This document shows, piece by piece, positions 23,829-37,485 of a stretch of 64,000 nt of DNA (the stretch's first letter is position 1; every line of letters begins with the position of its first letter). Below the pieces are notes generated by a model that saw only the letters and a list, made by a program, of their open reading frames with translations, was not told the origin of the DNA and made no database searches. This DNA is from the human T2T-CHM13v2.0 reference genome, Homo sapiens: assembly GCF_009914755.1 (NCBI RefSeq), contig NC_060925.1; one strand, 5' to 3'. A program made the position numbers and the translations under genes.

Positions 23829-24179
23829 TTTATATCTTACATCATTTGTAATATGGGGATATCAGTAGTGTCCATTTCATAGAGTTTTGAGGGTTGAATG
23901 AATTACCAGAGAGGGCAAATAAAACACATGCTGTCTAACAGAGAGTGTTTTATAAGAGTTTGCTATGATGGCTATTATTCAACTTGGGCCAAAGACAATG
24001 TTATTTTCACATCTGATTAGCTTGTGAGTATCCAAAAGAGCCATGCTGTGTTAGGCCCTAGTCACTCTGCAGATCATTTAATTAGCATTAAATGAACAGA
24101 AGTAAAGCATTTGGGACAGTGCCTGACACATAGGAAGCACTACATAAGTGATAGATACAATTTTATTCTGGTAGTTTTA

Positions 24180-24335
<156 letters not shown>

Positions 24336-24882
24336 TTAACTGGGCATGGTGGACCCCGGCTATAATTCCAGCTATTCAGGAGGCTGAGGCACGAGAATCA
24401 CTTGAACCCAGGAGGTGGAGGTTGCAGTGAGCCAATTGTGCCACTGCACTGCAGCCTGTGTGATAGAGTGAGACTCCGTTTCAAAAAAAACAAAAACAAA
24501 ACAAAACAAAATTCTATCGTTTTTTTAAACTATGTTAAAATTGTAGCTGATATTTTACTCATCCACAAAAAAATAATGGTCAATAACCATTCATCTTTTC
24601 TAAAATATCATTTCCTCTGAGCTCAGGGGAATATGCAACAGTTATTCTCTCACCAGACACAGAGGTCTAAAGCTGTACCTTTGTGAGGTAGTGATATATA
24701 TATGCTCATGGAAGCAAAAGTTAAAAATAAAAGTAGAACAAATATAAAGGTCTGAATGTAGCCCTGCTAACTGTTCACCTACTTGTCTCATCTACTTGAG
24801 TTTGAGCTATTTGAAGGCAGGGACCATGTCCAAGCCATTAATGGGCTTCAAATGCTCCTCCCATCTTCTGGTGAACAACTAG

Positions 24883-25011
<129 letters not shown>

Positions 25012-25301
25012 TGAGGAGCTGGGATTACAGGTGCATGCCACCATGCCCGGCTAATTTTTGTATTTTTAGTAGAGATGGGGTTTCGCCACATTGGCCAGGC
25101 TGGTTTTGAACTCCTGACCTCGTGATCCACCCGCCTCGGCCTCCCAAAGTGCTGAGATTACAGGCGTAAGCCACTGCACCCAGCCCAAGCTAGTTTTAAA
25201 CTTAACAATATAACTTATTTTCACAAGGCACTATAGAACTTTTCAAGGGCTTGTGTCAGTGTTACCCACCTGTGGAAAAAAAGAATGAAAAACAAAACTT
25301 A

Positions 25302-25448
<147 letters not shown>

Positions 25449-25643
25449 TTAGTTGGGCGTGGTGGTGCGCGCCTGTAATCCCAGCTATTCAGGAGGCTGA
25501 GGCAGGAGAATTGCTTGAACCGGGGAAGTAGAGGTTGCGGTAAGCCAAGATCGCACCATTGCACTCTAGCCTGGGCAACACAAGCAAAACTCTGTCTCAA
25601 AAAATAAAAATTAAAAAAAATTAAAACTAACTAAATAAATCTA

Positions 25644-25886
<243 letters not shown>

Positions 25887-26159
25887 TCAAGCCAGCCTGG
25901 GTGACAGAGTGAGACCCTGTCTCCAAAACAAACAAACAATGTCTACAAATTCTAGCACTGTGTAAATATTATGTCAAATAATTGTATAAATTATTATTAA
26001 TAAAAATTTCTTTAGGTTTGACAATAATTTGTGGGGTAAATTTTCTCACTTTGTAAAAATTCCAGGGTACCTCTGATTTCTGGTAAATTTAGCCAATCAT
26101 AAATTAAATGAGTTCTTGGAAGCTCAACAATTCCAAAACCAAAATTGTGAGTCAGTTTG

Positions 26160-26330
26160 TTCTTTCTTTCCTTCTTTCCTTTCTTTTTCTTTTTCTTTCT
26201 TTCTTTCTTTCTTTCTTTTCTTTCTTTCTTTCTTTTCTTTCTCTTTTCTCTTTCTCTTTCTCTCCCTTCCTTCTTTCCTTCCTTCCTGCCTCCCTTCTCT
26301 CTCTCTCTCTTTCTCCTTCCTTTTTTTTTT
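26160..26330. repeat. (TTTC)n/(CT)n polypyrimidine tract derived from an Alu tail
   Basis: ~170 bp of almost pure C/T next to an antisense Alu. Confidence 0.95.
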
Positions 26331-27089
26331 GAGACTGAGTCTTACTCACTCCCTCGCCCACGCTAGAGTGCAGTGGCACAATCTGGGCTCACTGCGCTGC
26401 AACTTCCACCTCCCAGGTTCAAGCGGTTTTCCTGCCTCACCCTCCCGAGTAGCTGGGACTACAGGCGTGCACCAGCACACCTGGCTAGTTTTTGTATTTT
26501 TAGTAGAGATGGGGTTTCACCATGTTGGCCAGGCTACTCTCGAATCCCTGACCTCAAGTGATCCACCCGCCTTGACCTCCCAAATTGCTGGGATTACAGA
26601 CGTAAGCCACCACGCCTGGCCCAAAATTATGAGTCTTTTCAAAAATTTTATATCAAAAAGGTGATATTTAATGTGGAATTTGAGTGCATTTAAATAAGAT
26701 AGTGACTTCGTAGAATAGGGACTGCAGAGTAAGAGTGTTCAGACCCATTCGAGTTTAATATAGCCCTACCTCTAAGAATCCTTTCTGTTCCTCACTCAAA
26801 TGAACTAATTGCTGTCTTTCAGTTCCTCTAAAAACCTTGGGGTCCGTGGCAGGGTGTGGGCTTAGGACTCACCTGATTACTTGTCTTCCCAGGTGGTCTC
26901 TGGGCTCTATCAGGAACAAGCCAGGTATGATCATCCTTTTCCCCAGTCCTTAGCGTGGGGTCTGGTATACACACGCACACACAACTTCAGTAAATGGTGA
27001 ATGAAACGAAAGGCAGTCAAGATCCACCTGTTGAATGAACGTCTATCAGGAGCACTGTCATCCTTCTTGCTTCCTTCTTTTGCATATGT

Positions 27090-27880
27090 TGTTTGAGCTG
27101 CTCATTCAACCAAGGAGAGAGCATACTCTACCTTGGGCAGTGTGCCAGCCTTGCACAGAGGGACAGATGATTCAGCTTGATCAGGCTGTGACAGAGAAAA
27201 GCTCAGGGTCTGAGAGCACACAGGATGCGACTAACCCAGACTGGAGGGTCAGGAGAGTCTCCCCAGGGGAAATGAAGTTGCATCCAGAAGGATTCCTGAG
27301 AATAATGATTAGCCTGATGAGAAGCAGAAAGGTTGGGAGTGGAGGGAAGTGGGTTTCTGTGAGAGAAACAATATGGACAAAGGCCCCAGGCAGAGGCAAT
27401 AGTATTCCAGATAACGAAAAGCATTTTAGAGAGTCTAGTTTAGAATTTGTGAAGGAGGTGACAATGCTGCTAATGAGATTGAAAGGGAGTCAGATTTGTA
27501 AACCATTTAAGGATTGTCTTAAGGACAGCCTTGAGGAGACACTGAAGGTTTTAACAGGAGAATGACATGATCCGATTTAAATTTTAAAAAGATAACTCTG
27601 TCAACTGTGCCAACAGTGAATTGGATGTGGGCAATGATGAACTCAGGAACAGCTGAGAGTCTATTGCAGAAGCCAAGGTGAGAGATGATGGTGGCTTGGA
27701 CTTTGGTGCTGGGACTGGAAAGAAATGAACAATCTGATATACAACTGGAAGAATAATCTCTCTGGCTGTGATGTGGAAGGATAAGGACGTGATTGGACAG
27801 GCAGGGATGGTTCAGTAACGAGCTAGGACTTTATTGTGAAGGGATAAAGGGGAAGCTTTTAACATTTTAATCATGGGACT
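27090..27880 (+). mobile_element. L2 fragment upstream of the promoter
   Basis: Degenerate L2 motifs (ACTGAAGGTTTTAACAGGAGAATGACATGATCCGATTT, CCAAGGTGAGAGATGATGGTGGCTTGGACT). Confidence 0.65.
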
Positions 27881-28234
27881 GATCCATTCCGATATGGGTT
27901 TATATAAATAGACCGCTTGGCGGAGGGTGGTGAGAAGACTGTCAGGCAGTGCACAGGTAAGAACTGAGCCCTAGACGGGGCAGGAGCAATGAATGTGGGG
28001 AGGCGCGGGAGACGGGAGATTGGTTTCGGAGCCAGGTACGGAGCCAAGCAGTCAGAGAGAAGCAAAAATTGACGCAGCACCGAGAACAGCTGCTAGTGGA
28101 GAGGGGGATGGGCGCCGCCGGAGCCGCCCTCGCCTCCTGGCGCCGGGGGCGGGACCAGAGCACGCACGGCGCGATGACGCAGTGCCCGAGCCGGCCTCGT
28201 TCTGGCTGCCGCCGTCTCGCTGAGGCGGAGTAGG

Positions 28235-28339
28235 ATGAGGCCCGCGGCCGTGGCTCCGGCGTCGGCGGGGGCAGCAGCAGCTGAGGCAGCAGCTGAGGCA
28301 GCCGCGACGGCCGCGCCCCCCCCCGCTGACCTGGATTAG
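28235..28339 (+). other. Upstream ORF 1 in RNF11 leader (34 aa, Ala-rich)
   Basis: aggATGa (A at -3); MRPAAVAPASAGAAAAEAAAEAAATAAPPPADLD*; TAG at 28337-28339; out of frame with the main ORF; translation not demonstrated. Confidence 0.55.
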
Positions 28340-28501
28340 GCCCAGCAGCTCCGTGGCCGCCGCCGCCCCGCGGGGGGGCGGGGTGGGGAAGTGCTTCGTC
28401 TCCCCGCCCCCCCCCCCCCATCGCTGCCTCGCAGGAGGCGAACGCCGCGACCCCAGCGGAGCCCGCGGCCCAGCCTTGATCCCCCAACCCCGGGGGCTGG
28501 C

Positions 28502-28552
28502 ATGAGCGGCCCCTCGGCGGCACCGTGGGGCGGTGGAGTCGCCTCCGCCTGA
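28502..28552 (+). other. Upstream ORF 2 in RNF11 leader (16 aa)
   Basis: ggcATGa (G at -3); MSGPSAAPWGGGVASA*; TGA at 28550-28552; out of frame; translation not demonstrated. Confidence 0.5.
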
Positions 28553-28664
28553 TCCCCGGCCTGTCGCCCGACCCCACCTCGCCAACCGAGGCGGACCGCG
28601 GAGTGTGCGAACGACCCCACCGCTGCTTTCTCCTCCCCCAGATCACGCACCCCAGCTCCGGAAG

Positions 28665-28787
28665 ATGGGGAACTGCCTCAAATCCCCCACCTCGGATGAC
28701 ATCTCCCTGCTTCACGAGTCTCAGTCCGACCGGGCTAGCTTTGGCGAGGGGACGGAGCCGGATCAGGAGCCGCCGCCGCCATATCAG
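28665..28787 (+). CDS. RNF11: RNF11 coding exon 1 (aa 1-41): MGNC acylation motif, DDISLL dileucine motif, PPPPY (PY) motif
   Basis: ATG at 28665 in aagATGg context; translates MGNCLKSPTSDDISLLHESQSDRASFGEGTEPDQEPPPPYQ, recognised as the RNF11 N-terminus; donor CAG|gtaggg at 28787/28788, phase 0. Confidence 0.98.
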
Positions 28788-29320
28788 GTAGGGGAGGGTG
28801 TGTGTTGGGGGGAGCGAGTAGAGGCAGCTCTGGCGGAGATTGAGGGGGCTTCGGGGCCGTCTCTGCCCCTGGCTTCGGCAAGGCCTGGCCTGGGCGGCAT
28901 TGACCCCTTAGGGCTGGATCTGAGGGCATTTGCTCTCTGATCTCAGAGTAAGGTTGATTCTTCGCCTGCCCTCGGGCACCGTGTGGGGATGATACCCTCT
29001 GCCCTTGAGTTCTGGGATCAGAGTATGTGATCACATCCCCTTGGCCAGTGTCTGGTGGTTCGCTTGTGGAGTTTGGGAGTGACATTTTCCTGTCTTTATG
29101 TCTGAATCGTATGATTTCCTCATCGCACCGCCAACTGGATTATGGGTTCTGGATAGGTGGTTGCCAAGCACCACCCCCCCGCCCCATTTATGTTTTCATG
29201 TGTGGTCGTCCTCTTACCCACCTCCCTCGTCTTTTTGTTAATTGGATCTGGCAGGTTTTCCCTCTGCTTGGGAGACGGATCTCCAAGTGGTGATTTTAAC
29301 CCTAGCGACATCGAGTTACT

Positions 29321-29343
29321 TGTGTGTGTGTGTATATATATAT

Positions 29344-29376
<33 letters not shown>
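29321..29376. repeat. (TG)n(TA)n compound microsatellite in proximal intron 1
   Basis: Read directly. Confidence 0.95.
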
Positions 29377-31899
29377 AATTTTAATCCCTCCTCTTTTTGC
29401 TCCACCCATATGACACACCTTTTAAACGTGCTGACTTAAGAAAACTTGATTAGCTTGAACTTTGGAAACCTTTAAACCTGGCTTGGGAAATTCCTTCGGT
29501 TACTCGTGTTCTCCCTTTGTATCAAAGACTCTCCTAAATACGTTGTACTGCTTTTTGTACAATAATCAGTAGTCCCAGATGTGTTGCAGAATTCGAGTGA
29601 AGACCTCTTAAACTCAAAATAGGTATGTGGATGTTATAATCCACAATAGATGTGTGAAAACCTTTCCTGTACTTTTTCCATTTTAGATGATATTGAATAC
29701 ACCCTTTTCCAGAGGGCTTCAATAGTAGTAGTGCTTAATTTCTTCCTGAAGAGTTTAGTTTTCTGACTGGGTAGGCTCCTTTGTTGTTTCATGTGATGAC
29801 ATCATTATCTAGTGTTTTCTTTTCTCATTCCTGTGTAAACCAATGTCTCATCACACCAGAAAAACCTGATCATATATATGCTCGTTTTCTGAATAAAATT
29901 CTTCTGGGGGCATTTCATATATACCAGTAAGGTCCAGTCTTGATTGTGGTATTACAGAAGCCTCCATGACTTCTCCCTCTTACGTTCTATATTCCAGGCC
30001 TACCAAATACACCAGGCTGTTCACAGCTTTGTTTTGCTCCAGTTCCTCTCTGCTTGGAGCCCTTCGCCCGGGTCAGCCAGGTGGACATCTAATCCTCTTT
30101 GAGAACTCAGCTTTCATGTCTGAAGTCCCAGCATTCCCTTCCTTCCCAGCCCGAATCCCTTGTGTCCCCACTGAAACCTCTACACTTCCATAAGCAATAT
30201 CTATAACACTTTAGTGTTGTATCTTTGTTAGATGTGTGTCTCATCCTTGTAATCGCCTCCTTCAGTGCAAGCTGCGTGAAGGTAGAGAATCTGTGTTTCC
30301 GGTTTGCTGTTGTATCCCTCGCATCTGCCTCAGTAGGGACTCAGTAACTGGGAGATAAATTACGAGTAAAAGCCCTTGAGAACAGGGACTCTCCCCTCGC
30401 TCAGTTTCTGGCACATAAGCACCTAAATGCTGAATTAATTAATGAAGTTGAATTTAGTATTTTCTGTATTTACACAAATATTTTTTCCAAAGTAAGTTGT
30501 CACAGGGTAGTCTCTTAAAAATCAAAGCTGAATCTGGGTGTCTTTACAAGTACCTTTGAGTGAAGCAAGCAAGCTATGTTTATCCTTCACTGTCTTTCCC
30601 TCCTATGTTTACTATACAACAAAAGTGCTTATTTAACTTTTTTTTTTTAATGAGATGGAGTCTCGCTCTGTCACCCCGGCTGGAGTGCAGTGGCACAATC
30701 TCACTGCTTACTGCAACCTCCACCTCCCGGGTTCTAGCGATTCTCCTGCCTCAGCCTCCTGAGTAGCTGGGATTACAGGCGCGTGCCACCACACCTAGCT
30801 AATTTTTGTATTTTTAGTAAAGACGGGGTTTCACCATGTTGGTCAGGCTGGTCTTGAACTCCTGACCTCAAGCAGTCCACCCACCTCAGTCTCCCAAAGT
30901 GCTAGGATTACAGGCATGAGCCACCGCATCTGGCATGAAGTTTTTATTTTAAAATCTCTTATGCTCCCTACCCTCACCCCCTTCTATTTTTAAAAAAATA
31001 GAGACAGGGACTCCTATGTTGCCTAGGCTGGTCTTGAACTCCTGGCCTCAAGCAAATTCTCCTGCCTCCTATCCCCTTTCTTAATTGAATATCTTTGACT
31101 TGTTCTCTTTCTCCTATCCTTATGATAATTGTACTATTAAAGGTACTAGAATTTATGGAAACTGTGTTTGCCTTTTCCAGAAGAACTAGGTGATGATGAG
31201 GGATGAGGGGTTTTTGGTGTCATGAAGGAACTTTTTTTGGAAATGTTATATTTTTGACAGTGGGAGTTTTTTATGGTTGCAGTTTCCTGAAGTGAATGAC
31301 GCAGACTAATATACAAATTCAGTATCAATCAGAAGAAAATTACTTTAAAACATGGGAGCATAAAAAGAAACTTTTGGAGAAAAAGTATTGTCCCCCACCC
31401 CCAAAGAAATAAGATCTGTCTTAGGAATGGTTATTTTAGATGATCTGAGAAACAGCAATCCAAGGTTATTTATTCATTTATTTGAGTTGAGAATCTCCCT
31501 CTGTCATCCAGGTTAGACTGGATTGCTCACTTGGCAGCCTCAAACTCCTGGCTTCAGGTGATCCTCCTCCCTCAGCCTCCCAAAGACTGGGATTACAGGC
31601 GTTAGCTACCTCACACAGCAGATTTATAGTATTCTCAGTTGATAAAAGTAACTTTTTCAACAAATTATATGTAATTAACAGTGAATAGCTGATTGTAAAG
31701 GAACATGTTCTCTTGAGGTGAGTAGTTAAAAGATGTCATTGTTTGCTGCTTTATATGTACAATGTACATATAATGACAAGAGCCAGTTACAGTTATTTCC
31801 TATTAACATCTGACAAATTTGTTTTTATTTATTTTTGCCTTAAAGTAAATCCCTGCACCATTATGATCCAAGTTTGTAGGAAGTGTATATTTCTTTCCA

Positions 31900-32545
31900 T
31901 GGTTTCTTTTGTAGCCTCCTAACAGTTATCCCTGCTTTCACCCTTGTCCTCGCTAAGGCCTGTCCTCAATACAACAGCCACAGTTATTTTGGTAAAACTG
32001 AGCATGACAGTCTCCCCAACCCTCTGTGTGGATCCTTGTTTCATTCAAAGTAAAAATCAGATTCCTTATAGTGTCGCATAAACCCTACATAATCTGTACC
32101 CCTTGTTTCCACGCATGTCCCTTGACACCTACAGCTAACCCCTTTGTTGGCTTCCCTCCAGCTTCCCTGTCCTCATTGCTATTCTAGGACCTTTGTCCTC
32201 CTTATTCTGGAATACTCTTCCCCAGATTTCATGGCTGACTGACTCCCTTACCTCCTTCAAGTCTTTTCTCACTGCCCCCTTAAACCTTCTCTGACCACCC
32301 TGTTTGAAAGTGCAACCTGCCCTAATAACCTGGAAGTCCCTCTCACCCTGTTGTTTTCCCCCCCAATACCATTTATTACATTCCAACATGTGTTAGAAAG
32401 TTGCGTTGTCTATTACCTGTCTTCTCCCACTAGGTAGAAAGGAGGAAAGGGGATTTTTTTTTTTAATTGGTGTTTCCTAAGTACTTATAACAGTGCCTGG
32501 CACATGTTAGGCATTCAGTAATTTGGTTGAACGAATGAATAGATT
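31900..32545 (-). mobile_element. L2 fragment, opposite orientation to the 27-kb copy
   Basis: CCCAGATTTCATGGCTGACT..CCTCCTTCAAGTCTTT; terminal ACAGTGCCTGGCACATG..TTGAACGAATGAAT. Confidence 0.65.
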
Positions 32546-33184
32546 TCTTTTAAATGAACTAATGTATTTGAGGCAGGTATAGTTGCACTGCTTACAAGAA
32601 CTCTGCATATTCCTAGTGCCATTTTTGCTTCTATATTGTAGATCAGGTTTTTTTTTGTTTGTTTTTTTGTTTTGTGACTGGGCCTCCCTGTGTTACCCAG
32701 GCTGGTCTCTCTCTGTATATATATGTTTGGGTTTTTTTGTTTTCTCTTTTTTGAGACCAAGTCTCACCTTGTTGCCCAGCTAGAGTGCAGTGGTGTCATC
32801 TTGGCTCTGCCTCTTGGGTTCAAGCGATTCTCCTGCCTCAGCCTCTGGAGTAGTTGGTACTACAGGCATGCGCCACCAAGGCCAACTGATTTTTGTACTT
32901 TTGGTAGAGATGGAGTTTTGCCATGTTGACCAGGCTGGTCTCAAACTCCTGACTTCAGGTGATCTGCCCACCTTGGCCTTCCAGAGTGCTGGGATTACAG
33001 GCGTAAGCCCCTGAGCCTGCCCTTTATATTTTTTAAATTTAAAAAATAGAGACAGGGTCTCATTATGTTGCTAGTCTCAAACTCCTGGGCTCAAGGGATA
33101 CTCCTGCCTCAGCCTCTTGAGTAGCTAGGGTTACAGGTGCACTTCTACTCTGCCTGGCTCAGGTTTTAAAAAAAATTTATTTCC

Positions 33185-33345
33185 TTTAGAGATGAGGTCT
33201 TGCTGTGTTGCCCAGGCTGGAGGGCAGTAGCTATTCACAGGTGCAATTATAGTGCATTGCAGCCTCCACTTCCTGGTCTCAAAGGATCTTGTGGCTTCAG
33301 CCTCCTGAGTAGCTGGGACTACAGGGTTACACCACCGTGTCTAGC
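33185..33345 (-). mobile_element. FAM-like free Alu monomer (second copy at ~39125-39285)
   Basis: 7SL-derived GCAGTAGCTATTCACAGGTGCAAT motif, absent from dimeric Alus. Confidence 0.7.
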
Positions 33346-35251
33346 TGTTGTAGATCAGTTTTAAGGAATCCTAAAAAGTCAAATTCCAGTAATATTAAAT
33401 ACAGCAATTGGTTTACACTAAGTGTTAAGTGATTTAGGGGTTTTTACCGTGTATATATATCACCGCAAGATATTTATGTAATGGGAAAGTACTTGGGGGA
33501 GAAAAAGAAAGTACTTGAATCCCTATTCTTGAAGTATTGGATGCAAAGAGATTTAGGGTGTTTGTCAAATTAGAAAGTAGAAACAAATTTGTCGCACCCT
33601 CTACCCAACTCCCTTATTCCTAAATGTTTAAAAATAATACAGAGGAAATCTGCCCAGCGAAGGCAATCTTGGAAGGACAGTGAGTGGGAGGATAAGCCAG
33701 GAAAGGCTGAAGAAGGGAGGTCCATGAGAGGGGGAGGCCAGGTAGGCAGCCCAGCCCTGAAAGGCATATGTAAAACAGCTTGAGGTACCCCTGTGTCACT
33801 GTCAAGAGCTTTGTTATGTGCTAAATTGAGGGAGGCACTTTGTTAAAAGAGTGTAATATTCATTGAACAACAAACCATGTTACATTTTCTAATCTGAATA
33901 TATAAAAATAAGGATAGGTGTCTCTCAATTTTGCAGTAGTTATATAGTTTGAGATTCGCCAGTCTTCTTCCCCGACCTATACTTTTTGATTGATACATTT
34001 GAAATTTTAAAATCCTGAGAAAATAAGTTTGTATAGCATTGAATGCAAGTATAGCTCTGCTTTTAGAGTCAGATTGTCCTGTGTTCAAATTCTGGCTCTG
34101 CCGCTTACATGTAAAATATGAAAAAGGAAAGAATTTATCAGATTGTTTTGGGGAGCTTTTTTGACAAATAAGAAAATGTAACATTTTGGATATTTCAAAT
34201 TGTGTCTGCATAAAGCTTTCTTCAAGATACCTTTTTTTTTTTTTTTTTTTGGCTGGGCACAGTGGCTCACACCTGTCATCCCAGCACTTAGGTGGCAGAG
34301 GCAGGAGGATCACTTGACCCCAGGAATTCGAGACCAGCCTGGGCAACAAAGTGAGACCCCCATCTCTATTAAAATACCAAACAAAAACAAAAAACAAACA
34401 AAACCAAAAACCCTCTTTTGTTGTTAAAAGGATTGGTTTATCCTGTAGAATGCACTAAAAATAACCCCCTTCCTTATAAAAAATCTAGAATGTACTGCTT
34501 ATTTTTAAGCATGCAATGCTATAATGTTTTGTGGGGGATGGGCTTGTTTTTTTTAGAGATGGAGTCTCACTTTGCCCAGGCTAGTTTCGAACTCCTGGGC
34601 TCAAGTGATCCTCCCACCATGTCTCCCAGTGTTGGGATTACGGATGTGAGTCACTGTGCCCTGCCTGTAATGGTATATTAATGCCTCATTTTCCTGATAA
34701 CTTACGAAGTTAAATTTAGATAATTAAAGGGTTGTGTTTTTTTATTAGCATTTTGTTTAACATTTGGGTGGAAAATATCTCCAAATTTATTTCACGTATC
34801 TAGGCCTTATTATACAATTATTCAGCTTTTAACAATTTACCTTTTTGAAGTTTTATCCCTCCCCTTCTTTATGCTCAAGAAGTTCAGCCTTCTTATTGAG
34901 GGGCAGATCAACTAACTCCACCTTTGTTAATAAAGCCTTCACTGACCATTTTTTTCCTGTCTCTGCTGATTTGTCATGTACAGTTTTTTTGTGTTTGTAA
35001 CATTTATCTGGAAATCATATATTGCCTTATTAGCTTTTGTTGCTTTAACAGTTGTTTCTCCACATCAGTTTCCTCAAGAATGAGAATGATACATTAAACT
35101 TGTAAGATATCTTAGTGGAGTAGAATGTTACCTTCCATATTGTAGACACCCAGTGAATATTTGATGATAGACTAAATTAGAACTGTGACTTCTTACCTTG
35201 TAAGGTCACCATCATAATTGTCCTCATCAGTTCTTACAGCAACATAATTGA

Positions 35252-35660
<409 letters not shown>

Positions 35661-37022
35661 TAGGACTAACCACTGAAGATATCTGACTTAGCATTCAAAG
35701 TCATGATTTGGCTCTACATATACTTTTTCAGCTCTTCATAGCCTTGTGCTTTCTTTTATACAACCTGTATACTCCAGTCATACTGAGCAGTTTGCTGTAT
35801 TCCATGTATGTCTTCTGCTTTCCTGTCTTTGCCCATTCTGTATCCATTGCCCAGAATGTTCTTCCTTAATCCTTCCCAGTCTCATTTCTAATATCCAGGG
35901 CCCAGTTCAAATGCCAAGAATCCACGAATTCTGATTTCTCCTACATACACTTTTCTTAATCTGAACTCCTTTATTCATGCACCATTCTTAAGACACTTTA
36001 CCCTTTTAATTTTAATTATTTGTGACAGTGTCACATCTGCTCTTTTAGAATTCAAGTCTGGTTCATTTTCACATTGCTAGAACTACAATTTTCACAAAGC
36101 ACGCACTTATACTTTAGTGAATGTAATGATCAGCATTTTGCTGTAAGAGTGTGCAATTGTATGGTTGTTAGTGTCTATTAAGCATTCCCAGAATCCTGTG
36201 CTTTAGTGTTTGGCCTATCACTTCTAATTTATAAAGTACGTTGAGCTTTGGGAAAGTTAATTTCATTATATATTTTTTGAATTTGTTTTTTTTTTTGTTT
36301 GTTTGTTTGAGACGAAGTCTCGCTGTGTCACCCAGGCTGGAGTGCAGTGGCGCGATCTCAGCTCACTGCAAGCTCCGCCTCCCGGGTTCACGCCATTCTC
36401 CTGCCTCAGCCTGTCCCGAGTAGCTGGGACTACAGGTGCCCGCCACCACACCTGGCTAATTTTTTGTATTTTTAGTAGGGACGGGGTTTCACCGTGGTCT
36501 TGATCTCCTGACCTTGTGATCCTCCTGCCTCGGCCTCCCAAAGTGCTGGGATTACAAGCGTGAGCCACCGCGCCCAGCCTGAATTTGGTTTTGTGTTCCA
36601 TGAAGTTCAGCTTGCCTAGGTGACTTTTATAAATAAGTAACCAGTTATTTGTTATTTGTGTGACCCCATTGTTGCAGGATTTTTCTTTGTTTCTGCCTGA
36701 CCTCTCATTCTGAATGTGCTTTAATAAAGGCTGATTTTTTGGCATTAAGATTGTATGCATCACTAAGAGTAAGATAGTCTGTTCAGAGTTTAATTCTAGA
36801 GCTAATTATAGGGTAACTTGAGAAGATGGAGATGGGATGGTGAGTTACTTGGTACATAAGATCTGAGCACTTGATTTTCTTAAAATATTTTTTAGGTAAT
36901 AGTAGAAACCTTTGTTGCAGAATTTTGATCTTTAAAAGTTTTAATAGAAATACTTATGTAGATTGGGATTCTTTTTCTTTCTTTGAGACATAATCTTACT
37001 CTGTTGCCTAGGCTGAATGTAG

Positions 37023-37145
<123 letters not shown>

Positions 37146-37185
37146 TAGAGACGGGTCAAGCAGTCCTCCCATCTCAGTCTCCTGA

Positions 37186-37485
<300 letters not shown>

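Larger units (their letters stand above)
27990..29000. promoter_or_regulatory. RNF11: CpG island / RNF11 promoter and 5' leader
   Basis: Abrupt rise in GC and CpG density; reverse CCAAT (ATTGG 28019-28023), GC box GGGGGCGGGA 28145-28154, two CRE/ATF-like TGACGCA (28070, 28175); TSS inferred near 28180. Confidence 0.92.

Noticed and set aside
26108-26379. F/L/S-rich and K/E/R-rich ORFs
   Set aside because: Translations of the (TTTC)n microsatellite
27035-27565. 176-aa plus-strand ORF
   Set aside because: Lies in degenerate L2 sequence; no recognisable protein similarity
27942-28715. 257-aa and 177-aa minus-strand ORFs over the promoter
   Set aside because: Stop-poor CpG-island sequence, low-complexity G/A/R/P composition, no recognisable domain
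28788-28940. Read-through of the exon 1 ORF in the track (135 aa)
   Set aside because: Runs past the GT donor at 28788; RNF11 continues in exon 2
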